Shown here piece after piece: positions 56,526-64,000 of a stretch of DNA of 64,000 nt. The notes under the pieces were generated by a model. It made no database searches, had not been told where the DNA came from, and saw only the letters and a list, made by a program, of their open reading frames with translations. Every line of letters begins with the position of its first letter. Position 1 is the first letter of the stretch. The position numbers and the translations under genes were made by a program. Where the stretch lies: NCBI GenBank assembly GCA_035995545.1, contig DASYKI010000003.1:540-64539 (forward strand). Direction: 5' to 3'. The DNA is from Candidatus Dormiibacterota bacterium. GTDB taxonomy: Bacteria; Chloroflexota; Dormibacteria; Aeolococcales; Aeolococcaceae.

Positions 56526-57740
56526 ATGCCACTCGACTTCTCTCTCACCTCCGAGCAGGAGGAGATTCGCGCCCTCGCCCACGACTTCGCCGAGAAGGAG
56601 ATCCGCCCCAAGGCGGACTACTTCGACGAGCACGAGGAGACCCCGTGGGACATCATGCGCAAGGCGCACGAGCTGGGCATCGGCGCCAGCGCGGGCTTCC
56701 CGGCGCAGTACGGCGGTGGCGGCGTCGACTTCATCTCCGAGCTGATCATCCAGGAGGAGCTCTCCTGGGGTGACGCGGGCACCGCGGTGGCGATCATGGC
56801 CAGCGGTCTCGCCGGTGCCGGCATCCTGGCCATGGGCACCGAGGAGCAGAAGGAGAAGTACATCGGCATGCTCTGCGATCCCAAGCAGCTGCGCCTCGCG
56901 GCCATGGGACTCACCGAGCCCGGCTCCGGATCCGACTCGCTGTCGCTGGCGACCACCGCGCGCAAGGTCGACGGCGGCTGGCTGCTCAACGGCACCAAGC
57001 AGTTCTGTACCAACGGCGGCATCGCCGACATCCAGGTGATCTTCGCCAACACCGACAAGACGGCCGGCCCCGCGGGCATCGCCGCCTTCGTCATCGACAA
57101 GGGCAACCCCGGCATGCGCCAGGGACGCAAGGAGCGCAAGCTCGGCGTCCGCGCGTCGCACACCGCGCAGGTGATCCTCGAGGACTGCCTGGTCCCCGAC
57201 GACGCCATGCTGGGCCGCGACAGCAGCGGCAACATGACCGGCCCCGGCGCCGTCGGCGCCATGCTTATGCTGGAAGCGACGCGTCCGGCCATCGCCGCCG
57301 GTGCGCTGGGCATCGCCCGCGCCGCCTTCGAGTACTCGCGCGACTACTCGCTGGAGCGCGAGCAGTTCGGCAAACCCATCTCCAAGCACGAGGCCATCGC
57401 CTTCAAGCTGGCCGACATGGCCACCGAGGTCGACGCCGCCCGGCTGCTCACCTGGCGTGCCGGCTGGATGGTCGAGAACGGCGTGCCCTTCAGCCGCGCC
57501 GAGGGCTCGATGGCCAAGCTCTACGCCGGCGACGTGGCCATGAAGGTCACCATCGACGCCGTCCAGATCCTCGGCGGCTACGGGTACATCAAGGAGTACC
57601 CGGTGGAGCGCTTCATGCGCGACGCCAAGATCTACCAGATCTGGGAAGGCACCGCCGAGATCCAGCGCCTGGTCATCTCCCGCTTCATCCTGGGCGAACG
57701 CAAGGCCGCGACGCGTCGCGACATGGCCAAGGCCAGCTAG
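56526..57740 (+). CDS. acyl-CoA dehydrogenase
   Basis: 404 aa. The C-terminal catalytic base region reads YQIWEGTAEIQR. Confidence 0.9.
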   Translation: MPLDFSLTSEQEEIRALAHDFAEKEIRPKADYFDEHEETPWDIMRKAHELGIGASAGFPAQYGGGGVDFISELIIQEELSWGDAGTAVAIMASGLAGAGILAMGTEEQKEKYIGMLCDPKQLRLAAMGLTEPGSGSDSLSLATTARKVDGGWLLNGTKQFCTNGGIADIQVIFANTDKTAGPAGIAAFVIDKGNPGMRQGRKERKLGVRASHTAQVILEDCLVPDDAMLGRDSSGNMTGPGAVGAMLMLEATRPAIAAGALGIARAAFEYSRDYSLEREQFGKPISKHEAIAFKLADMATEVDAARLLTWRAGWMVENGVPFSRAEGSMAKLYAGDVAMKVTIDAVQILGGYGYIKEYPVERFMRDAKIYQIWEGTAEIQRLVISRFILGERKAATRRDMAKAS

Positions 57741-57752
57741 GGAGGCCGAGGG

Positions 57753-58730
57753 CTACAGCGCCCGAAGGCGTCGCCGGAGGACCACCAGGGCGGCCAGCCC
57801 GCCGGCCACGCCGGCGCCCGCGCCGATCGGCACCGACCACGGGAAGAAGCTGAGCTGCACCGCGTCGCTCTGGAAGGTCTTCACGTCGCCGCCGGCCAGC
57901 CGCGCGTGCACCGTGGCGGTGGCCGACACGCGCCCCCACCAGGGCGCGCCGTGCCAGAGCGCGGTGACGCTGGCCTGCCCGCCGGGGATGACGTAGACGC
58001 CCGCCGGGGCGATCGGCACGGTGGCCACCACCTGGCCGGACCCGTCGCGCAGGGTCACCTCGCCGGAGAAGGTGAAGAGGACGTTGCCGCGGTTGGCGAC
58101 GCCCAGGGTGAAGTGCACCTCGCCGTGCTGCTGCACGGCGAGCAGCGGTCCGGCCGCGGCGCGCAGCTCGACGGTGCCGAGCACGGTGACGTCGACCGTC
58201 AGCGCCGCGCGGGTGACCACGCCGATCGCCTGCTGCGCCGGCGCGCGGCGGGAGACCACCACCGCGCCGATGTACTCGCCCGGCTGCCGGCTGGCCGGCA
58301 CGTCGAGGGTGAACGCGTCGGCGACCTCCCCGTGCGGCGGAATGGTCAGCGTCGGGTGATCCACCGTCAGCCACGCGCCGACCAGGGTCGAGGCGGCGCC
58401 GTCGGCGGCGGGGGCCAGGCCACCGCCGGCCGCGCTCAGCATGTCGGCGCCGTGGACGTCGAAGGTCAGCGGCGCGTCGCTGTAGTTGGAGACGACGATC
58501 GAGTCGTGCACCACCGCACCGCCCGGCGCCACTGCGTAGGTGAAGTGGCCCTTGCTCAGCGTGGTGGTGCCGGTGAGCCCCGCGCGCACGCCGTATTCCG
58601 GTGAGTCGGCGGCGGCCGCCGAGGTGACACCGCTGGCCGCGCCGGCGATCGCCATCAGCACCGCGGCGCCGGTGGCAGCGCGCCGCCAGGCGGCACGCAC
58701 GACGGGTCTCCCGCGACTGCTTGTCGGCAC
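57753..58730 (-). CDS. cell-surface protein with signal peptide and C-terminal TM anchor (DUF916-like)
   Basis: 325 aa. The signal peptide is followed by beta-rich domains. The C-terminus GAGAGVAGGLAALVVLRRRLRAL is a TM helix plus a basic tail. Confidence 0.5.
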   Translation of the reverse strand: MPTSSRGRPVVRAAWRRAATGAAVLMAIAGAASGVTSAAAADSPEYGVRAGLTGTTTLSKGHFTYAVAPGGAVVHDSIVVSNYSDAPLTFDVHGADMLSAAGGGLAPAADGAASTLVGAWLTVDHPTLTIPPHGEVADAFTLDVPASRQPGEYIGAVVVSRRAPAQQAIGVVTRAALTVDVTVLGTVELRAAAGPLLAVQQHGEVHFTLGVANRGNVLFTFSGEVTLRDGSGQVVATVPIAPAGVYVIPGGQASVTALWHGAPWWGRVSATATVHARLAGGDVKTFQSDAVQLSFFPWSVPIGAGAGVAGGLAALVVLRRRLRAL

Positions 58731-58745
58731 GCTGTCCGGCTGGGT

Positions 58746-59333
58746 CTAGCCCGTGATCGTGTAGACGATGGTGCCGGTGTACGCGCCCGTCGGCGTCCCG
58801 CCGGGAACGGTGACGGCGATGGTCGACCCGCTCTGGGTGAAGCCGCCCTGCACTGTCGACGTGCCGGTGGCCAGGGTGACCGGGGTGGACTGCGTCGTGC
58901 CGGGCGTGGTGTCGGTGCCGGAGAGGACGCCGCCGCCGCCGGCCGCCGGCGTGCCCGCCGCGCCGACGCCGCCCACGAAGGTGGTGCCCGCGGTGAAGCT
59001 CATGTTGGTGAAGGCGATGTGGTTGCCGCCGAACGCCCAGTCGTTGGAGGTCGCGGTGACACTCCACGCGCTGCCGCTGTTCAGTGTGTTGGTGTACACC
59101 AGGCTGCCCAGGGCGATCCCGGTGTTGGCCGTGCCCGGCGTCAGGTTGGTGACCAACGCCGGTGGTGCGGTGATCGTCAGCGTTCCGGCGACGACCGTGG
59201 CGGTGACGCTCTGGTTGCTGCTGCCCGTGGTCGTGGCCAGGGCGGAGTGCCCAGGAACCACGGCTGCCGCGAGCGCTGCTGCGATGCCCGCACTCACCGT
59301 GGTGCGGCGGCGGATGTGATGTCCCTCTCTCAC
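58746..59333 (-). CDS. secreted Thr/Gly-rich beta-sheet protein (WxL-domain-like)
   Basis: A GTG start follows a GGAGG RBS. An RRR-containing signal peptide is followed by T/G/S-rich strands. The assignment to WxL is tentative. Confidence 0.4.
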   Translation of the reverse strand: MREGHHIRRRTTVSAGIAAALAAAVVPGHSALATTTGSSNQSVTATVVAGTLTITAPPALVTNLTPGTANTGIALGSLVYTNTLNSGSAWSVTATSNDWAFGGNHIAFTNMSFTAGTTFVGGVGAAGTPAAGGGGVLSGTDTTPGTTQSTPVTLATGTSTVQGGFTQSGSTIAVTVPGGTPTGAYTGTIVYTITG

Positions 59334-59457
59334 GAGATCGCCTCCAAACAAACCGGGAACCTGCGTCCCAGCCATGCCCGCACTGTATAAAGGGAGGCGC
59401 GCTTGCACGGACACTTCCGTGTAACGGTGGACTAAAGAAATCGTTCGGAGTGGGCAG

Positions 59458-60291
59458 ATGTTCGACCTCAGCGGCAAGGTCGCCGTGGTCACCGGCGGCT
59501 CCCGCGGACTGGGGCGCGCCGATTGCCTGGCGCTGGCCCGTGCCGGGGCGGACGTGGTGGTCACCGACATCCTCATCGAGTCCGATCCCGAGCTGCAGCA
59601 GACAGCGCAGGAGTCCGGCTCCGTGCTCGCCCAGTTCTTCACCTCGCAGAACGTCGTCTACAGCGAGGCCACCAGCGAGGAGATCCGCGGCATGGGGCGG
59701 CGCTCGGCGGCGATCCGCCTCGACGTCACCGACCGCGACCAGGTGCACCAGGTGTTCCGCCAGGTCGTCGACGAGTTCGGCTCGCTCGACATCCTGGTCA
59801 ACAACGCGGCCACCCTCGACCATGTCGCCCAGGTCGATGCGCAGAACGACGACCTCTGGGACCGCGACGTGCGCGTGAACCTGACCGGCGCATTCAACTG
59901 CACCAAGGCCGCCTTTCCCTACATGCGCGAGCGGGGCTGGGGGCGGGTGATCTACATGGCCTCGGTGGCGGGCACGCTGGGCGGCTTCGGCCAGGCGTCG
60001 TACGCGGCCACCAAGGCGGCGGTGATCGGTCTCGGCAAGTCGGTGGCGCTGGAGGGCGCGCGCTACAACATCACCGCCAACGTCGTCGCCCCGGGGATCA
60101 TCGCCACCGAGGCGTTCAAGATGGGCAATCCCAAGATGAACGACCGCATGGTGCTGCGCACCGCGATGCGCGCGCCCGGCGAGCCCGACGACGTCGCCAA
60201 CGCCATCGTCTTCCTCAGCTCGCCGGAGGCGAAGTACATCACCGGGCAGGTGCTGCACGTCGCCGGCGGCATCGACCTGTTCACCTTCTAG
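59458..60291 (+). CDS. SDR-family oxidoreductase (FabG-like 3-oxoacyl reductase)
   Basis: The glycine motif is TGGSRGLG. The catalytic triad S ... YAATKAA is present. Confidence 0.9.
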   Translation: MFDLSGKVAVVTGGSRGLGRADCLALARAGADVVVTDILIESDPELQQTAQESGSVLAQFFTSQNVVYSEATSEEIRGMGRRSAAIRLDVTDRDQVHQVFRQVVDEFGSLDILVNNAATLDHVAQVDAQNDDLWDRDVRVNLTGAFNCTKAAFPYMRERGWGRVIYMASVAGTLGGFGQASYAATKAAVIGLGKSVALEGARYNITANVVAPGIIATEAFKMGNPKMNDRMVLRTAMRAPGEPDDVANAIVFLSSPEAKYITGQVLHVAGGIDLFTF

Positions 60292-60305
60292 AGGGCGCAC
60301 GCGCA

Positions 60306-61088
60306 ATGTCCGAGCAGCAGCTCGTCACCGTGACCCGCGAGGGCGGCGTCGCGACCGTCAGCATGAACCGTCCGCCGGTCAACGCCATCGCCCCCGACCT
60401 GCTGGAGCAGTTCGACGCCGCCTTCGCCGAGCTCGGCGGTGACAGCAGCGTGCGCGTCATCGTGGTGACCAGCGCCATCCCGCGCTACTTCATGGCCGGC
60501 GCCGACATCAAGATGATGGCCGCGGCCACGCCGCAGGGCGGCGAGAACGCCTTGCAGAACAGCCCGTTCTCCATCGTCGAGCGGACGCCCAAGCCGGTGA
60601 TCGCCGCCGTCAACGGGCACGCGCTGGGCGGCGGCTGCGAGCTGGCGCTCTGCTGCGACTACCGGTTGATGCTCGACGACGGGCGCAGCACCATCGGGCT
60701 CACCGAGACGTCGCTGGGCATCATCCCCGGCGCGGGCGGTACGCAGCGCCTGCCGCGGCTGGTCGGCCGCGCGCGTGGACTGCACATGATCTTCGAGGGC
60801 ACGCGGCTGACCGCTCCGGACGCGCTGCAGATCGGCCTGGTCGACGCCGCGCTGGCGCCCGACGACTTCGAGAACTGGGTGCAGACCAAGGCCAACGTGC
60901 TCTCGAAGATGGCGACGCGGGCGCTCGCCTCCGCCAAGCGCGCGGTGCTGGAGGGCATGGAGATGAGCCTCGCCGACGGCCTGCGCCTGGAGCGCGAGCT
61001 GTTCTTCGAGGTGGTCACCACGCCCGACGCCGCCGAGGGCCTGGGCGCCTTCATCGAGAAGCGCCCCGCCAACTTCACCGGCGCCTGA
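60306..61088 (+). CDS. enoyl-CoA hydratase/isomerase (crotonase family)
   Basis: The oxyanion-hole region reads AAVNGHALGGGCELAL. Confidence 0.9.
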   Translation: MSEQQLVTVTREGGVATVSMNRPPVNAIAPDLLEQFDAAFAELGGDSSVRVIVVTSAIPRYFMAGADIKMMAAATPQGGENALQNSPFSIVERTPKPVIAAVNGHALGGGCELALCCDYRLMLDDGRSTIGLTETSLGIIPGAGGTQRLPRLVGRARGLHMIFEGTRLTAPDALQIGLVDAALAPDDFENWVQTKANVLSKMATRALASAKRAVLEGMEMSLADGLRLERELFFEVVTTPDAAEGLGAFIEKRPANFTGA

Positions 61089-61099
61089 GTCCCTCTGCG

Positions 61100-62344
61100 G
61101 TGCCCTGGCGGCCCGACCACCTGCTCTGCGGTGTGACCTACATGCCTGCCGAGGTCGGACCCTGGCTGTGGCACGAGTTCGACGTCGCCCGCACCGAGCG
61201 CGACTTCACCCGCATCCGCGCGGCCGGCTTCGGCACGGTGCGCGTGCACCTCGCCTGGGACGCGTTCATGCCCACGCCGCGCCAGGTGGACCGCTACCGG
61301 CTGCGCGACCTGGAGACGCTGCTCGGCATCGCGGCGGCGACGTCGCTGCAGGTGGTGCCTGTCTTGTTCGCGCAGTCGTTCGGCGACTGCGTGCTGCTGC
61401 CGCGCTGGGCGGTGTCGCGCGACCGTGCGCGCCCCGGAGTTCGTGCCATATCCGGCGGAATCGTGGAACCCGGCGGCCCGCGCGACATCTGGGACGACCC
61501 GCTGATGCTGGAGGCGCAGTCGCGCTGGCTCGACGACATCCTGCGCGCCTTCGCCAACCATCCCGCGGTGCTCGCCTGGGATCTCGGGCACGACCCGGCA
61601 ACCACGTGCCGGCCGGCGCGCATCGCGCACGTCGAGTCCTGGGCGGCGCTGATGGGTGGGCGTGTGCGGTCCACCCAGGACCCGTGCTGGCTCACCCTGG
61701 GCTGGCGCGACGTGCTCAGTGCTCGCGGCATGCGGGTGAGCGCGGTGGCGCCGCACGTCGACGCGGTGGGCATGCTGGTGCATCCGCAGCGGCTCCGCCT
61801 CGACGGGCCGCCGCTGGACCCGCTGCGGACACTCTTCGTCGCCCGCCTGGCGCAGCGCCTCGCCGTGCCCGACGCCGCGGCGGAGCCACCGCCGCTGGTG
61901 CTGGTGGACGGCATCGTGGCGGAGCCACAGTCCACGTTTCCCCCAGTCCAGGCGGCGGCACCCGTCCGGTCGGTTGCGCCCGCTCCTGTTGAGGAGGCGA
62001 TCCGCTACGCAGGCGAGCTCCTGGAGCGCGCCCCCGAGGCAGGTGTGGTCGCCGCAATCGCCTCGTCCTGGAGCGACCTCGGGCCACGCCCGCTGGAGTC
62101 GCCCCCCTATGACCGCCATCCCTGGCTGGCCGCGTGCGGGCTGGCCGAGCCCGACGGGACGGTCAAGCCCCACGGCGAGGTCTGGTCGAGCGTCGCCCGT
62201 CGCGACGTCGATCCGGGGAAGCCCGCGCCCTGGCCACCCGAAGCCTTCGACGCCGCGCAGTGGTACGAGAACCTACCGGACGCCGCAAACGACGTGTTCG
62301 CACGCTTCCGTGCAGAATTCGGCATTTCCGGACAAGGAAGCTGA
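61100..62344 (+). CDS. putative TIM-barrel glycoside hydrolase (GH5-like)
   Basis: GH5-like strands (FGTVRVHLAWD; AVLAWDLGHDP) are recognisable, but the catalytic residues are not confidently identified. Confidence 0.45.
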   Translation: MPWRPDHLLCGVTYMPAEVGPWLWHEFDVARTERDFTRIRAAGFGTVRVHLAWDAFMPTPRQVDRYRLRDLETLLGIAAATSLQVVPVLFAQSFGDCVLLPRWAVSRDRARPGVRAISGGIVEPGGPRDIWDDPLMLEAQSRWLDDILRAFANHPAVLAWDLGHDPATTCRPARIAHVESWAALMGGRVRSTQDPCWLTLGWRDVLSARGMRVSAVAPHVDAVGMLVHPQRLRLDGPPLDPLRTLFVARLAQRLAVPDAAAEPPPLVLVDGIVAEPQSTFPPVQAAAPVRSVAPAPVEEAIRYAGELLERAPEAGVVAAIASSWSDLGPRPLESPPYDRHPWLAACGLAEPDGTVKPHGEVWSSVARRDVDPGKPAPWPPEAFDAAQWYENLPDAANDVFARFRAEFGISGQGS

Positions 62345-62456
62345 CCGTCCACGCTCGTGCGTGAGTGGACTCGGGGAGCGGTCCCGGTTGCTATCCTCGG
62401 ACAGGACCAGCGTGCTGGTCTTTCGTTTGTCCGACCCACATGACCGGAGGCGTTCC

Positions 62457-62660
62457 GTGCCCGCAGGCCGTATCAAGAAGATCATTCCCGACCGTGGTTT
62501 CGGCTTCGTCCGGGCCGACGACGGCAACGAGGTTTTCTTCCACCGCACCGAGCTGACCCTCGCCGACTTCGACGCCCTCGAAGAGGGCCAGGTGGTCGAG
62601 TTCGACATCGTCGACAGCCCCAAGGGTCCCCGCGCCCGCAATCTGCGCCAGGCGAGCTGA
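62457..62660 (+). CDS. cold-shock protein (CspA family)
   Basis: The RNP motifs are DRGFGFV and VFFH. A GTG start lies 6 nt after a GGAGG RBS. Confidence 0.85.
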   Translation: MPAGRIKKIIPDRGFGFVRADDGNEVFFHRTELTLADFDALEEGQVVEFDIVDSPKGPRARNLRQAS

Positions 62661-62698
62661 GCCACAGCTCGCCCGTGGTGGGGAAGACCTAGGAGGAC

Positions 62699-63472
62699 CT
62701 AGGGCGCAGGCAGCGGGCGCAGCTCAAGCAGGCGCCTGGCGGCAGCGTCGACCCGCTCGGGATCACCGCCCCGAATGCGGATGATCAGGCGCCTGGTCTC
62801 GGTCTGCGGATACGAGCCGACGCTCACGTCGGGGAACTCCCGCTCGAGGATCTGCATCGGCTCGTAGAAGCTGGCCTCGATGGCGAACCCGTAGTGCAGC
62901 TCGCGCACCGTGGGTGCAGTGGACCCGCTCATCCACCGGGGCAGGATCTCCTCGCTGACGATGGCCTGGAACTCCCGGGGCACCCCGGGGAGCACGAACA
63001 GCCAGCGGTCCTCGTCGCCGGCCAGCTGGTAGGCCAGCCCCGACGCCATCCCCCGCCGGTTGTGCACCACCACGGCGCCGTCGGGAACCTCCGCCATGCG
63101 GGCGTTGGCCTCAGACACCTCGGTGGTGGGCACCCAGCCCGCCGCGTGCATGCGCTCGATGATCCCCTGGATGTGCGCCGCCGCCTCGGGATTGCGCCCG
63201 ATCGGCCTCCTCAGCGCATGGGCCACCGCCTGCAGGGTGCGGTCGTCGGTGGTGGGTCCCAGGCCGCCGCAGACGAAGATGCGGTCGGCGCTGCCGCCCA
63301 CCGCGCGCTCGATGGCGGCGACGATCTCGGAGTCCTCGTCCGCCACGACTTCGATGCGCCGGCACGGGTAGCCCGCCTCCCTCACCTGCTGGGCCAGCCA
63401 GTGCGAGTTGGTGTCCAGGGTGAAGCCGCCGAGGAGCTCATCACCGACGGCGACGATCATGGTCGAGGGCAT
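62699..63472 (-). CDS. CinA-like / MoaB-MogA-type molybdopterin-binding domain protein
   Basis: The N-terminus reads IVAVGDELLGGFTLDTNSHWLAQQ ... GGLGPTTDD. Confidence 0.7.
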   Translation of the reverse strand: MPSTMIVAVGDELLGGFTLDTNSHWLAQQVREAGYPCRRIEVVADEDSEIVAAIERAVGGSADRIFVCGGLGPTTDDRTLQAVAHALRRPIGRNPEAAAHIQGIIERMHAAGWVPTTEVSEANARMAEVPDGAVVVHNRRGMASGLAYQLAGDEDRWLFVLPGVPREFQAIVSEEILPRWMSGSTAPTVRELHYGFAIEASFYEPMQILEREFPDVSVGSYPQTETRRLIIRIRGGDPERVDAAARRLLELRPLPAP

Positions 63473-63613
63473 GGCGCCGAGCGTAGCCGTTCACGCTGCG
63501 GACCCGCGGCGCGCCGCCACCCCCTCCGGCTACAATGCCGCGCGACCCGAGATTCGGCCATCTCCGCGCGCCCCAGGGACCGCGCTGTGCGGGGTGGCCG
63601 CCGTGAGGATTCC

Positions 63614-64000
63614 ATGACAATCAACGTGCTCGTGCCCATCGGCCTCGCCGGTGTGCTCGCCCTCATCTACGCCGCATACCTGATCAGCTGGGTGTTGCGG
63701 CAGGACGAGGGCAACGACCGGATGCGCGAGATCGCCCTGGCCATCCAGGAGGGGGCGCAGGCCTACCTCAACCGCCAGTACTCGATCATCGCCGGCATCG
63801 GCGCGCTGATCGCCATCCTGCTCGGCTTCATGCTGAGCTGGAAGACCGCCGTCCTCTTCGTCATCGGTGCGGTGCTCAGCGGCGCGGCCGGCTACGTCGG
63901 CATGAACATCTCGGTGCGCGCCAACCTGCGCACTGCCGAGGCGGCGCGCGGCGGGCTCAACCCCGCGCTGCGCATGGCCTTCCGCGGCGGCGCGGTGACC
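63614..64000 (+). CDS. hppA: membrane-bound proton-translocating pyrophosphatase, N-terminal part (continues beyond the window)
   Basis: The conserved H+-PPase N-terminus reads MREIALAIQEGAQAYLNRQY ... GMNISVRAN. Confidence 0.85.
   Translation, partial: MTINVLVPIGLAGVLALIYAAYLISWVLRQDEGNDRMREIALAIQEGAQAYLNRQYSIIAGIGALIAILLGFMLSWKTAVLFVIGAVLSGAAGYVGMNISVRANLRTAEAARGGLNPALRMAFRGGAVT

Noticed and set aside
62345-62456. Leader upstream of the csp gene, considered as a cold-box element.
   Set aside because: The 5-prime UTR is plausible, but I could not identify a conserved cold-box sequence by eye.

Overview
This is a high-GC (about 70-72%) bacterial chromosomal segment whose gene content points to Actinomycetota: a dprE1-dprE2 pair, two LmbE/MshB-type deacetylases, a DtxR repressor and HadAB-like dehydratases. 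I can support about 69 protein-coding genes from the ORF track plus motif reading. I found no rRNA, tRNA, CRISPR array, transposase or integrase. Many long ORFs on the strand opposite real genes are high-GC artefacts and were discarded. Most of the window is housekeeping: GDH, CorA, Hpt, an ABC-F ATPase, a NiCoT transporter, DAHP synthase fused to chorismate mutase, thiolase, EtfAB, a two-component system, acyl-CoA dehydrogenase, SDR and enoyl-CoA hydratase, Csp, and an H+-PPase. The most interesting part is a co-directional, translationally coupled 12-gene block at 38.7-49.4 kb. It runs from a fused USP-USP / rubredoxin-like zinc-ribbon / PCP_red-like protein into two paralogous cytochrome bd subunit-I-like (CydA-like) membrane proteins that flank a Tat-signalled Rieske protein and a cytochrome b, then a lone receiver domain and an ABC-2 transporter. 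No cydB is present. This looks like an undescribed respiratory quinol:acceptor module with its own sensor and regulator. Other observations are listed below: a membrane-anchored predicted pseudokinase with an overlapping zinc-ribbon ORF, sitting next to a secreted double beta-propeller protein built from near-identical 126-bp DNA repeats; orphan tadE-tadE-tadG genes behind a GAF hybrid histidine kinase / OmpR pair, with poly-C tracts; a DUF916-like / WxL-like surface protein pair; a 608-aa protein with a nucleoside-phosphorylase-fold C-terminus; and several promoter, operator and repeat candidates. All functional calls are from motif recognition by eye. No database search was run.
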